In this document: positions 36,004-49,514 of the stretch, piece after piece | How positions within the stretch are numbered: position 1 is the stretch's first letter | How the letters are laid out: every line of letters begins with the position of its first letter | NCBI GenBank assembly: GCA_951406725.2 | Contig: OX597823.1 | Location: forward strand, 34,968,001 to 35,032,000 | Origin: Octopus vulgaris | Taxonomy: Eukaryota | Reading direction: 5' to 3' | DNA: 64,000 nucleotides | Translations under genes and position numbers: made by a program | Notes under the pieces: model-generated | What the model was told of the DNA's origin: nothing | Databases searched by the model: none | What the model saw: the letters and a program-made list of their open reading frames with translations, nothing else

Positions 36004-38030
36004 TCTTAACAATATAATCATATGATTTTTATACTCTCATCTCTAAGTCTATATTCAATGCAACCTAAAAATACTTTATATACTTTTAAAAAGATATGAA
36101 AGAGTGGCATAAAATGAAAGTTCAGAACTAAAATGTGAAAGCTGACATCTTCCTATGAATATTTGATATTATTTACAAATGAAGTCTGTTATTGCATAGT
36201 ACTTCTATACTTCAGATCTTTTAATGGAAATATCTAACAAAGAGTTATCTAGACAATTAACAATTTTAAAGAAATATATTACTGCATTATTTTCTTTTTG
36301 TAATTTATTAAAAATTTATCAGAAAAAGTAACTTATATATTTTACTAGAATTTGTACAGTATTTCCATTTACATTCATTTGTATCTTAAAAACGAAGATA
36401 GTAGCTTTAATTGGTTTCATAGTCAGAAAGTATTTATATGAACTGTTAGAAGCTGACATTTGTTAGAAACAATTTATATTTCATGATGACCAAGCTGGCT
36501 TGGTTATTTGGATATAGATATGTTTTGATTTCATTATTTACATCTCAGTGTTGTAGGTTGGAGATTATTAGATAATCTCCTAAAACTATCTGATATTTAC
36601 TTCATCATTGGGATTCTGCAAAAGGTTTTCTATTTAATTTAATGGTTAGACTGGAGTAATTTGAAACTTTTATACACCAAATACTGCTAAATGATTTGAT
36701 ATACATTGAAAATCTTTTTTCAAAAAAAAAATTTGTTTCAACTTTCTATTTTTCATTCTGTTATTATTTGTATTAATGATTTCAGAAGCAAAATAAACAA
36801 AACACACACACACACACACATACACACAAATGCATATCTATCTTTCACACACATGCTACGTATGTCACCTGGGTGCATGTATCCTGGCACACATCCATCA
36901 AACTCTTTACATATTATACAGTGACTGAGTATATGTAATGTTTTTTCCTATATTTTGTTTAGGTGTTTCCTATGAAGCAGAATGAAAGCCACGCAAACAA
37001 CTGATCTCTTTCAAATAATTTAGACAATGTCATATTTGTATGCATGTATTAAAGCATGCTTATGTGTTCATCATATCAGAATGGTGCATGTATGCTGTTA
37101 TACTGATTGATATTTCCTAAATTGTTTCCTGAAACAGAATATTCATAGTTCAATCTGTTACAGGGAACAATATGAATCTGTTGTATTTGCACATAGTTTT
37201 ATTGGAATGTTTCATCAATCCTATTAAGAGAGTGGATACATTTGATTTCTTTTGTACATTTATCCTTTGGTAAAAAATTTTCTATGGACATCATTATATA
37301 TCATTTTTGCAACATCATTAGTAGTTGTTTATTTACAATGTGGGAGAGCTAATATTTTATATCACTACAGTGTCATAACATATTTGCATTTCTTTTATCA
37401 ACCAAGAATTTGTTAGCTATACTTTGTAGTTTGATGAAAAGGTGTTATGTTTTAGCTCAAGGAGGCACTACATATCCAGTACTGTTTTCGGTTTGTAATT
37501 GAGTAAATAATGTAGCCACTAAAAATTTAGTGACAAAATAATTGCAAAGATGGTCTTCCAATAACATTAAATATACAGTTGCAAGGAACTTACAGTATAA
37601 AAGCACTGAATAACAACTATTTCTGTTGTTTAAATTCCACAACACATTTCAGATACAATTGTTTTGTTTATAAGAAATTTATCAATGCAGCTCCCAAATC
37701 TTTTTCTGCTCACATTCCCATTTATCTTGCATGTAACAGTGTATCATCTAATTGTGTTTGTCCTTGTATGCCTATATTTTTGCTCTTCATTGTGGTTATT
37801 AGAGAACCTCACATACATAGATTATCACTACAGAAATCCTGATGTCAAAACTAAAAGATTTATTTACTATAGGGCTTGTGCTTATCTGTGTTTAAGTTGA
37901 ATGTGACACGAAAGAAATTGTGGATATAATTATTTTAAGCTTGAAGTTGCTGATTAAATCTCTAATGCTGAAGCGATTGTTTACAGAGAAGTCATCTCCA
38001 CAGAATAAATGTCTGGATATGAGTAAGCAT
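36004..38030 (+). other. Probable long 3' UTR of ANKRD13C
   Basis: AT-rich stretch with no recognisable TE after the stop codon. AATAAA at 36792-36797 and 38004-38009; the true end is unknown. Confidence 0.4.
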
Positions 38031-38715
38031 ATCGGAATGACAGAGAGTAAATTCATTTACTTTAATTACACTCCTTCAAAATATAGAAAAGATGTTAATT
38101 TGACAATGATCTAACAACCACACAGTAAATACTAAAGCAGATTCTAAACTAGTGTAAGATTTTTTTGTATAATGAGGAAGAACAATATGCATATGAAACT
38201 TATTCCCTCATCCTCACAAGACAACTAAGCTTATATGAAAATGTAGGAGATTGCAAAAATGGCCAAAGGAATCTCCAGATCTTGCAGATCTATCAAACTA
38301 GTCTGGTACGAGGATGTGTTATCACTTACACCAATTGCCCTCATCGGCCTAATACTGCCAAGTCTGCAACTGTGGCGATTTCTTCCATGCTTCATTTGAG
38401 TCAAATACAAATGTTCTACTTACCATATGCATACATATTTACTGTGCATATGTACATGCTGTTGATTCCTCTGAGCTTATCCACTCTTCACACTTCAACA
38501 CATCTTGTTTTTTTCATCCTGTAGGGCATTTATAATCACTCTTCTCATGGTATAAATATAAAGGTAAACACCATCAAATTACATCCAATTACACCTGAAG
38601 ATAAAAAAGCAGCAGGAATAAACTCTAGAATGATGTAAACTTTACATTACCAGAACAAAAAAAGTGCACGTGTGTGTGAAAGAGAGAGAGTTATTTCTAT
38701 TTGGTATTATTATTA

Positions 38716-39258
38716 AAGTGGTATTTCTTCCTGCTCTTTATGTTCTGAGTTCAGAAGCCACCGAAGGTGAAATATCTGGTTTTGGGCCAAAATAAGAGAC
38801 CATTATTTCAAAGCAGTGGCAGAATCATTAACATGCTGGGTGAAATGCTTAGCAATATTTCATCTGTCTTCACATTCTGAGTTCAAATTCTGCTGAAGTT
38901 GACTTTTCCTTTCATCCTTTTGGAGTTGTTAAAAAAAGTACCAGTTGAGTACTGGTATTGATGTAATCAACTATCCTCCTCCTTCAAATTTCAGGCTTTG
39001 TGCCTCTAGTAGAAAGGATTATTATTATTATTATTTTTAAGGTGGCAAGCTGGCAGAATCATTAGCAATTGGGCGAAATGATCAGCAGCATTTTGTACAT
39101 CTTCGTGGTCTGAGTTCAAATGCTGCCGAAGTCAACTTTGCCTTTCATCCTTTTGGAGTCAATAAATTAAGTACCACTGGGGTCGATGTAATCAATTTAT
39201 CTCATTCCCCCAAATTACTGGCCTTGTGCCAAAATTTGAAACCATTATTATTATTATT
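38716..39258 (+). mobile_element. Tandem array of 2-3 tRNA-SINEs with a Meta-like central domain and (ATT)n tails
   Basis: Repeated tggcagaatcatt...tgagttcaaat...gcctttcatccttttggagt...aagtacca, each copy ending in attattatt. Confidence 0.75.
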
Positions 39259-39778
39259 TGAACATTACACTTCCCTCCATGACAGAATTGTTTGGAAGCT
39301 CAAAACGCTACATTTACTAAGGACCTGGTTTTAAATTCAGCTCTGTGTGTGTGTTGTCTCTCTCTCTCTCATATATTTATGCCAGATTGCTTGAGCACTA
39401 CTACTAACATGTATATATGGATCAAAACAGTTTGATTCAAATTCCTTGGTACTTTAAGTTTCAAAGCATGATGCTAATCCTCAACCATTGGAAATATATA
39501 TGTATCATCATTTCCATATCCACTTTTGTGAGCTTGCATGAGTTTGATGGAGTTTTTTTTTAGGCAGATTTTCTACAGTGAGATGTCCTTTTCATTGCCA
39601 ACCATTTACCCATTTCCAAGTAAGGTAATACTACTCCATGGCCAGACAGGTTGTCACAGAATATTGGAAATGAGTGACACTGCTTGTATGACAGTACTCA
39701 TTTACAACTCATTTACTGTATGACAGTACTCATTTACAACTCTCACACTATACCAAGACTAGGAAAACACAAACAAAA

Positions 39779-40986
39779 AGAGTGTTCAGGCTAAATTTGA
39801 CAATGTTTTATGTCTTTTCTCAAGGACAGCTTGATGTATTGGTGAACAAAGACATTGGAGAGTATAAAGATTAAAGCTGTAAGTGAGAAAAAGTTAGCTG
39901 ACATGAAGACTAGAAAACCATCTGAATATTGGAAAAGAGCACCATGACTGCTTCTCAATGCTCTGTGAACACTGTAAAGGCTGTAAGATGTTACAGAGAC
40001 TACAAAGTCATGGCCAACAGGAAGGGACACTGCAGGTATTTTGAATGCATCCACAAGCTGAAATTCATCTCACAACTGCAGGATAGGTTGATGGAAAATC
40101 TAAGCAAGGGAATCCAGGCTTTGGTGAGAGAGATGAGTGTGGAAGTTGCCAAGAAGATGGCTCTGAATGAGGACCTTTGCTACCACTCATACAAGAGACA
40201 CAAGGAATAAATTCTGACAATCAAGGCCAAAGAGAACTGTTTGATAAAGGCAAAGAAACTCCTGAACAAGCTAAGGCATCCTGTTGAGCAGAGGCTGATC
40301 TGGTTTTTCTCAGATGAAAAGAACTTCTACCAAGACCAGAACAATAGGTGGCTTGCCTATACACAACACAACAACCAGAACAATAGGTGGCTTGCCTATA
40401 AACAACATAATGTCCCATATATCATGAAAATCAGATTCTCCTAAACTGTGATGATCTTTGGATATGTCCAGTGAGGGTAACCATGTCACCTGACAAATCT
40501 GGATGGAGCCTTAGGTTCAATTCAGACAGCTATTTGAAGTTGCTATAAGGCCATGTGTGGCAGCAGAACTCAGCCCCTTGCCATACCTCTAGAAAGAATC
40601 AGAAGTGGTTGTTGGAGAATTTCTACAACTTCATCAGCTCTAATTTCTGGCCTCCTAATTCCCCCAATTGTAATCCCATGGATTACTATATTTGAGATGC
40701 GGTCATAAAAGACACCAACTGCTCTGTCTACAATACTAAGACCGAGCTGGTGGTGAAGATCAAGGAAGTATTTGAAGATCTTTCCAAGAACAGAATGAGG
40801 AATGCATGTGCCTGATTCCAGAGCATTCTTGAGGCTATGGTGGAACTTGAGGACAGCTACTCTGAGTAAACTATATTCTCCCCACCATAATCTAGTTGAC
40901 TTGATTTTTTAAAATACTTTTTATCTTTGGCTGGGATAGTGTTTTCTTTATTTTTTATACAGTTAAATATGGGGTGAATACCCTGT
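39779..40986 (+). mobile_element. Degenerate Tc1/mariner-superfamily (maT/DD37D-like) transposon
   Basis: WFFSDEKNF..QNNRWLA; WQQNSAPCHTSRKNQKWL; FWPPNSPNCNPMDYY. TIR remnants gagtgttcaggctaaattt ... aaatatggggtgaataccctgta. Confidence 0.8.
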
Positions 40987-41995
40987 ATATGACTGAATTC
41001 TTTCTGTTTCTATCGACCAATCAACTTGCAAAACTTTGGTCAGCTAAAGCTCTAGTAGAAGACACTTTTCTAAGGTGCCACACAGTGTTACTGAATCCAA
41101 AATCATGTGTTTGGAAAGTAGATTTCTTAACCACAAAACAAATGTTTGCGCCTGGTATATATATATATATATGTAAGATATATGTATATTTGCATGTAGT
41201 ATCACAAACAAAAGAGTATACAGGAAGTAGAGTAACTCTTTTCCTTTACTTTGATTTTCTTAATGGATAACCACTTGTCTAATAATGTATCAACAACTGT
41301 TAGATTATATATCCACAAAAATGTTTCCAACACCAAATTCTGGCACTCTGTCCTACAAACCTAAGTCACATCCAGTCATTGAATCTTGTTTTGCCAGTTG
41401 GAACACCTCCATGCTCAGATAAGCATAGCTAGATTCTTGGACATTACATTAGATCTAAGGACAATATCAACTTTGTGGTGGATCAAGCAGAAAGTTCTAA
41501 TATATAAGAATTGTGTCTGCTCTTAAAGTATATTTGAAAACTTCGTTGGTAATATATAAGTGACAGAATATCTTATCTTCAGATAAGGAAATCTTTGATA
41601 AAGCTGACAGTTGTTGCTGTGATGCATTGGCAAAAAGTGTCTTTGGTGAAAAACATCAATTTCTTAACAGACATTTGGTTCAACCTGCCTTTTAGCAGAA
41701 ATGTAAAGACTAACATAACCTGAGGTTTCTTAATGATAATTTTAATATAAAAAGAACACTTCCAAGCCATTTATAAATACTACAAGTTGTTTGGCAGAGA
41801 TGTGCAGGATTGTCAGTATTGTAGTGTGGTGTGTAACTTTGAAGCAGTAGATTTACAAAGTTCTTTTGAAGCCAAAGTATAGCTGTTGACTTTCCTTTTT
41901 TTGAGATGCTTGACAAGAACTGTTGACTGTAAAGTGGGGGTAGGATCCAGAAAGTGTTGCACTGAGGGATTTTGTGTTGGTATAGATGAAGGCAA

Positions 41996-42554
41996 TGTAA
42001 GATTAGGAATAAAGAAAGGTACGAGTTCACCATCAATATGCATCGTGTGAAGCTGTGCATGAATGTAAAGTTACATACAGTTTAGCCTTGTCACGTTCTG
42101 CATGGAAAGAAATGTAATAGAAAATGTACGAAAGAATTTCGTGTCCCAATCGGTTCGCTAGTAGCGTAAGTGTAATTTGTACAAATGTCGTGTAGCATAA
42201 AAGGTTTGCCACACGGTTGCTGCTGGAAGTAATTTCTTGTAGCTTAGGCCGCGTGTAGACAAACTTAGCTGCTCTCCACAATGACGATGCGCCCAGATCG
42301 AAGTTCGGCGAGAAAGAGAGATGGAACAAATCGTGCTTGTCCAATATATAGCCTCAAAGACTGCTGGAGAACGAAAAAGCTTCTAGAACCTTCTATGACT
42401 TAGTTGTATTGCTAAAAGGGACATAAATCTGCTATTCTTGGAAGTTTTCTAGAGCGTTGGCCACGGGGGGGGGGGCACTTGTTGGATCGCTAACTTCCAG
42501 TGAACCGTAAATAATACAATGACAGAATCTGTTTCAATTTAAGTCACACCTACA
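41996..42554 (-). repeat. 3' LTR of the Gypsy element
   Basis: Direct repeat of ~44805-45354 with TGTA...TACA termini. Left boundary uncertain. Confidence 0.8.
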
Positions 42555-44660
42555 GTCTCCCCTTGCAGAGCCGGAACGGTCGATAAGGAAAGAACTGTAG
42601 GTTGAAACAGAGGAGTAAGCTAAAGCACAGAAAGCGACAAGACATACAAAAGAATGTGTGCAAACACGGAACAATGCAAAGCAGAAAGAAGGTTAAAACG
42701 TAAACAACACATGTGAGAATACAAAAGCATGTAACCAAGAATGCAAAGCAAACAAGAAAAGTCTGTTTAAATGCACAGTTTGTTAAGTAAAGACAGCTTG
42801 TAAAAAAAGTAAGCAGTTCTTGGACAGTTTTGGGGGCCAATGCACAGTTCTGCCACTGTGTGTTACACAGGACGCAGAAGATGGAGGTGTTTGCACTGGT
42901 TGTTGTGTAGTATGTGGGAGGCTCTGAGGTATGTTCATCAGAAAATGCCATCTTCAGTCTGTCCAGCGAAACAGTTTCTTTCTTACCATTAGGTCCTGTA
43001 TATGATGGTGTGAGAGGGCCTCTCACAAAGTCATTTCGTAAAAATATGTGGATCCATGGAGCAATGTCCTTCGGAACGGTAGATTTTATGGTTTTCAAGC
43101 GAGTGTTCATCAGAGACAGATCCAAGAAGTATGACCGCAAACGGTTGACGTATACAGAAAGCTCCTGAGTAGCTGTATCCGTTGGTGCCAACATCTGACC
43201 GAGCAATGACAAGAGTACTTCTTACAACAGTTCAGAGGAAAAATAGCCCAGATCCGTTTTAACACCAGATCGATAACCTAATAGAACAATAAGGAGATAC
43301 ACAGTCCATCTTTGAGAATCTGGTGATGCACGAAAGTCTGCTTTCAGCTGATGGTGGAACTGCTTAACCAATAGGTGTGACAGTTCACGGAAAAGATGAG
43401 GCTCACATTACCGACCGCAGTCAGTGGTGACCCTTGAGGGAACGCCAAAGCGAGATATCCATCCTGATATTAAAGCACAAGTTACCGATTCAGCAGAAAT
43501 GTCGACTAAAGGGATGGCCTCAGGCTAACGAGAGAACCAACCAATGCAGGTAAGGATATAAGTGTATCCGCAACTGCTGGGCCAAGGACCAACTAGGTCG
43601 ATGTGGATATGGCAGAAACATGTGTGAGGCTGGTTGAATCTTCCCAATGGAACACAAATATGTCGGTGGACATCGGGACGTTGACACTGAAGACAGGAAT
43701 GAGCCCAGCCGGCGCATGTCTGGTCAGAAGAAGTGAGCTGTAATAAGCTTGACCGAGGCTGCAAAAGGGTGTTTTTTACTACCGGGGTTAGAATCGATTG
43801 CACATTAAATGGTAGCCTAGAGAAGAATAACTGTTTTACAAAGAAAGAAACTTTCTTCTGTGGAACCATCAGCCAACTCATGGATATGACGCAAAAATTC
43901 TGTTGGGGACCTGTTACAAAGATGTTCGTCTTCCATGAGCGTACAGAAGCGGCTTTTGGAGGATTTGGAATTTCGACGAAGAACTTCCGCCTTTATAGAT
44001 GTGTAAGAGGCGTCGGGTGGAGTGTCTGTGATGAGGTCCTTTATAGAGAGTGCAAACGCAGAAGGAATGCCACTAATTACAATTTGAAGCTGTTGCTGGA
44101 CCGACTGAATGTTGTTTGCCATGAAGTAAGACTCGAATTGAGCGAACCACATGCGAGCATCGCTGTGATAGTGGGGTAGTGTTGTGTGACTCATCTTCCG
44201 AAGAAAAATTATATGGAACCCACGTGCAAGAGGAACACGAGCCGATCAAACCAAATCCAGAAAATGTGATAGGAAAGGAAATTCCACAAGGTAGCGAGTA
44301 ACCAGGAATTGTATCTTCCAGCGAGAACGTGAGACGAAGGCAAGGATGAAAAGGAACGCGAAGTCGTACCTGAGTATAAAAACTACGTGATCTCTCCCAA
44401 GGAGAATTTCAAACGATGAAGAAAAAATACCTGATGTCGTCTTGAACTTGTGGACCAAAAACATTAGAAGAACATTTGGCATCCATGCCAGGAGGAAGAG
44501 ATGGAAAATAGTACGTGGCATTTTGTCTAGAGTCGCGGTCCATGCAGCGTATCTCCAGAATCCAAAAAATTCGGTAAGAATTCTCGTGAAGAAAAGTGTG
44601 CAGGGTCATCATAAATTATTAAACGAGAAGGAATAGATGTTCTGAGTCGGGTTCAACACT

Positions 44661-45354
44661 TTAGTGTTGTATAGTCATCACTCCACTAGTAGGTTTCCTT
44701 TACCACTAATCATAGTGTGTAGTTCCACCGTTACTAAAATATTAACACGATTACAAGATTTGGAATAACAGAAGAGCCATCCTTAAACTTCACAAATAAT
44801 TTAATGTAATTAAGAAAGATATGAGTTCACCATCAATATGCTTCATGTGAAGCTGTACATGAATGTGTAATGTTACATGCAGTTTAGCCTTGTCGTGTTC
44901 TGCGTGGAAAGAAATGTAATAGAAAATGTATGAAAGAATTTCGTGTCACAATTGGTTCGCTAGTAGCGTAAGTGTAATTCGTACAAATGTCGTGTAGCAT
45001 AAAAGGTTTGCCACACAGTTGCTGCTGGAAGTAATTTCTTTTGGCTTAGGCCGTGTGTAGACAAACTTAGCTGCTCTCCACAATAACGATGTGTCCAGAT
45101 CGAAATTCGGTGAGAAAGAGAGATGGGACAAATCGTGCTTGTCCAATATATAGCCTCAAAGACTGCTGGCAAACGAAAAAGCTTCTAGAACCTTCTATGA
45201 CTTAGCTGTATTGCTAAAAGAGACATAAATCCGCTATTCTTGGAAGTTATCTAGAACGTTCACCACGGGAGGTCACTGTTGTTGGATCCCTAACTTCCAG
45301 CGGACCGTAAATAATACAATGACAGAATCTGTTTCAATTTACGCCACACCTACA
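44661..45354 (-). repeat. 5' LTR of the Gypsy element
   Basis: Homologous to 41996-42554 from ~44805 onward. The extra ~145 bp up to the PBS is not clearly shared with the other LTR. Confidence 0.75.
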
Positions 45355-46085
45355 ATATTATAAAAGAAAGCTGATCCCTGTCCGTCATAACATATATTAG
45401 TAAGACGAATTAAAAGGAGAGACAGTCTCTGTCACAACGTATATTTAGAAGGGGAGAAGAAAAATTGTAGCGAGTGTATGAAAAATAGACAGGTAGTGTA
45501 GTCACAAAGAAACAAAGGAATTTTAAGTGCAAGTCTGTTGACACAACACAGACTTTAAAAAAAAATATATGTGTATATATATAATACAGTTAGTAACCTT
45601 TATGGTTGTTTGTATGTGTATTTCTCTATGTCTTTCAACATATAGACAATGCAACAGACTAAAGAAAATACTTTTTCTATAATGACAGATTGGTATTGTT
45701 GAGGAATACAAGAAATGAGACAAGAACGCAAAACATCCAGACAGTTAGATGGTACAAAAAAGGGACAAGAAAAACAAGTACGAGTCATTCAGAGTTTTCT
45801 TTCCTCAGTCGAGTTCCAGATTATCCTTGCAATTTCGGCTGGTTATACTCGAGATTGCTCCGATCTGGACAGCCACAAGGAAAAACTAAGCTAAGAGCAT
45901 AAGATTCCTTGGAAGAAAGCAACGAATGTATAGGAAAACAAGGATGGGGGATAGAATGGAGAAATGGTACACAAATACAAATGCAAATAACAGGACACTA
46001 ACAACAGGTGTCTTTCGACTTAAAAAAAAATACTTAAAATACATATATGCATACACACAAACGTGTATGTATATATATATATATG

Positions 46086-46121
<36 letters not shown>

Positions 46122-46320
46122 ACTTTATAAATATAAGGGTAAAAATTATTAAATGATTATTTACCAGTGCCTAGCATGCGTAATATAAGTCAAAAGACAA
46201 TTATTTAATAATTTTTACCCTTATATTTGGCTTCTACTGCTATTTTTAGCATGTAAGAAATCCTCATGGTGGTTTTCTCTTCGTGTGTATTACTTGCAAT
46301 ATTATTTTCATATATATATA

Positions 46321-47022
46321 TGTAATGGCGGAAATTGATTTGTAAATAATATTATGAAATGTCAGTGTCAGCTGGTGTGACGATAAAAAGTTGCTGTTTA
46401 CTGTAAGATGGCAAGTTGTAAGATGTGAAAGATGAACAATGCACGACGGTTTAAGAAAGTATTTATTTACCGTTACGTTGAAAAACACCATACCTCGACG
46501 GGCAGGTTGTGATACATCCAAAAGCATGCGAAGTAAAGTTTGTGTATGTGTCCTCTTCATTGTTTAGTAGTAGTAATTACAGAGGGAGATAGAATGATGT
46601 TGTAAGGGACAGAATTAGAGCTAGAGAGAATTGTAGGGTGTTGTCTCACAGTTACTTTCTCCCTCTGACCAAGGTTCTAGCTGGCCAGCTAGACTTCGTT
46701 GAGTTGTCACCGACTGTGACGAACTGATTTTTACTTGGGGCGTGATTGTTTATATAACTATGCAGAAGGATAGATATATCATTGAGAACAATAGATTTAG
46801 TTGGTGGTCTTGTTATCTCTATTCTAGCTTTTGGTGAAGTAGAAGGGGTTAGAAAGGGTCAAGTAGTGAAGACGTTATTTCAGCCTAGCTAAAGGCATCT
46901 GGAAAATGTAAAACTGCTATCAGAGAAAAACCATTGTTCCACCATGGGAAAAGTTCTGTTGTAGTGTTAATTTAAATTTGGCTGTGGTGGATTGAATCCA
47001 CTTCATGCATGCAAGATCCACT

Positions 47023-47025
<3 letters not shown>
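46321..47025. mobile_element. Probable solo LTR inserted in a TA/CA microsatellite
   Basis: Begins TGTAATGG and ends CCACTACA (7/8 inverted termini). About 705 bp, non-coding, with microsatellite on both flanks. Confidence 0.55.
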
Positions 47026-47074
<49 letters not shown>

Positions 47075-48335
47075 CGTTTTGGGATTTGGTTTGCAAGATT
47101 CTTTGTCAGTTCGTGTGTTGAAGCATATTTTGTTGCATCTGGGGAAAGTCATTCTCTTTTAGTATCTTATTATTTAACACACTCACCGGTAAAGTTTCCA
47201 CTCATTTACTTATTCATTTTTCCTAAAATTTTCATTGGGTCTTGCAACCTTTTCAATTGTCGTTGACTCTGTCCGTTATCTGAGCTGCGTTCTTTTTGTT
47301 TGTGTGGGTCAGTGTGTGTGTACGCATACACATGTATGTATGTATGTAATGTATGTATGTATGGATGGATGGATGCATTCATGTATGTAAGTGTGTGTGT
47401 GTACATATGCATATAGGCATACGTGTGCATTTGTATGTATGTATTTAGCATATTCCTGTGTTTGTGTGTGTGTGTGTGTGTGTATGTGTTTACAGCATAT
47501 GATGCATAGATGGTGCTTGTACAGACATGAGCATGACATAGAGGAGACATCTAGGAGCATTGCGGAAAGACTAAATAAACATTTGAGACAATATGACGAC
47601 AAAAAACAGTCCTCCATACTCTACTAACATGCCAAGGAGCAACATAGAGGCAACCTGTGTCAACTTGACATCCACATTTTATCCAGGCATTCAAAGGACC
47701 CAACCCTCAGACAAATACAGGAGTATTTGAATGAAACATCCCCTGTACTAAATAGGAAATATATGCAGTAGGTAATCATACCCCGATACCCACAGTTTAT
47801 ATTTATATACAGGTAGAATAGTTAGTGAACTGTTATGTAGATGTATGAATGTGTGTGTATATGTATGTGTATATGCACATGTATATAGGCAAATGGATAT
47901 GAATGTAAACAGATAGACATACAGACGGATAGCTAATATGAACAGACATAGCTAATATGAATAGACAAGCACACACACAAACATACGCAAATGAAAACTG
48001 AAAAACATGATCATATACACACACACTTCACTTCACACAAGGACACATATGGGGACACACATCCACACAAATGGAGATACACATCCATACATAGACACAG
48101 TACATAGTCACAAAAACCCATACACACACACAGGCACACTCAGACTTGTACACACACATGCGCACAAACAAACAGAAAGAACGCAGCTGGGATAACGGAC
48201 AGAGTCAACGACTATTGAAAAGGTTGCAAGATGCAACGAAAATTTTAGAAAAAAAAAATAAACGAGTGGAAACTTTACCGGTGAATGTGTTAAATAATAA
48301 GGCACCAAAAGAGAATGACTCTCCCTAGATACAAT
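47075..48335 (+). mobile_element. Penelope-like element end: GIY-YIG tail bracketed by inverted terminal (pLTR) copies
   Basis: EETSRSIAERLNKHLRQYDDKKQSSILY (~47542-47627). ~47135-47305 is an inverted copy of ~48163-48335. A third copy lies at ~50310-50478. Confidence 0.75.
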
Positions 48336-48358
48336 AATATATATATATATATATGCAG

Positions 48359-48498
48359 TTGGCGTTAGGAAGGGCATCCAGCTGTAGAAACACTGCCAGA
48401 TCTGACTGGGCCTGATGAAGCCTTCTGGCTTCACAGACCCCAGTTGAACCGTCCAACCCATGCTAGCATGGAAAACGGACGCTAAACGATGATGATGA

Positions 48499-48500
<2 letters not shown>
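48359..48500 (+). mobile_element. Short RTE 3' end insertion
   Basis: Nearly identical to the terminus of the RTE at 32441-32590. (GAT)n tail and (TA)n on both sides. Confidence 0.9.
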
Positions 48501-48546
<46 letters not shown>

Positions 48547-49128
48547 TCTGGTTTCTCTTCACTCCGAGTGGATAAATCTTTTGCCTTTTACTAAAGATTT
48601 TCGTGGGGAGGAACATTTTAATGAGTCTATAGACTTATTTTGCAAGCCTCATCTAACCATGAGGCGATAAGTATTATAGGCACAGGAGTGGCTATGTAGT
48701 AAGTAATTTGCTTACCAACCACATAGTTCCGGGTTCAGTCGCACTGCATGGCACCTTGGGCAAGTGTCTTCTACTATAGCCTTTCCTTAAACACAAGATA
48801 TAATCTTCAAATTTAGGATGTTTTTGAAAGACCCTATATTTTATAATCAGATTATATATACTTTCTCACACAATTAAGATATATTTATTTTTAATTATTT
48901 ATTTATTTTAAATCGTTCACTTCCTCCCCCTTCTCTCACACACACATTACTTTGGGTGCGAAGAATGTTTTGTTGAGAATTCATTTATTTAACAACAAAG
49001 AAACAAAGCGGTAGGTAACAATTTGTCAGAGAATTACACAATATATGGGTACAATTTCCAAGGCTTCCACCACACCCCACATGGGGAAATTATTATTATG
49101 TATGTATAATAATAATAATAATAAATGT

Positions 49129-49280
49129 ATTGGCGTTAGGAAGGGCATCCAGCCGTAGAAACACTGCCAGATTTGACTGGGCCTGATGAAGCCTTCTGGC
49201 TTCACAGACCCCAATAGAACCGTCCAACCCATGCTAGCATGGAAAACGGACGCTAAACGATGATGATGATGATGATGATG
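49129..49280 (+). mobile_element. Short RTE 3' end insertion
   Basis: Same segment and same 5' start (ttggcgttagg) as 48359-48500. Confidence 0.9.
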
Positions 49281-49514
49281 TATATAGCTAATAATGATAA
49301 TAAAAATAATAAGTAGGTGTAAACACATGAACAAAATAAAAATAAACTAAAACAAAACAGGAGATACAAATATTACAGGCACTTCCCTCCCACTAACTAA
49401 ACATGGACACACATAGAGGTATACGCATGCGCAAATGACGACACATACAACAGAAATACAAAATGGCTGACCGTTAGTAAGGAGAGACACACGAATAAGA
49501 AAGAAGAAAGCAAA

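Larger units (their letters stand above)
41996..45354 (-). mobile_element. Gypsy-type LTR retrotransposon, non-autonomous (gag + integrase remnants, PR/RT/RH absent)
   Basis: Two LTRs both ending at cacacctaca on + (42554 and 45354). PPT aaggggagac next to the 3' LTR (42555-42564). Degenerate tRNA-Trp-like PBS (44646-44658). Gag WFAQFESYF (43817-44194). Integrase CLQCQ...HIHIDLVGP...WISRFGVP. Confidence 0.88.

Noticed and set aside
39686-39742. Small direct duplications (also ~22657-22722, 25428-25455, 40334-40408)
   Set aside because: Ordinary slippage-type tandem duplications within decayed repeats.
48405-48445. CTGATGA followed by a hairpin in the RTE tail (also ~49183)
   Set aside because: No GAAA after the stem and no stem I/III, so not a hammerhead.
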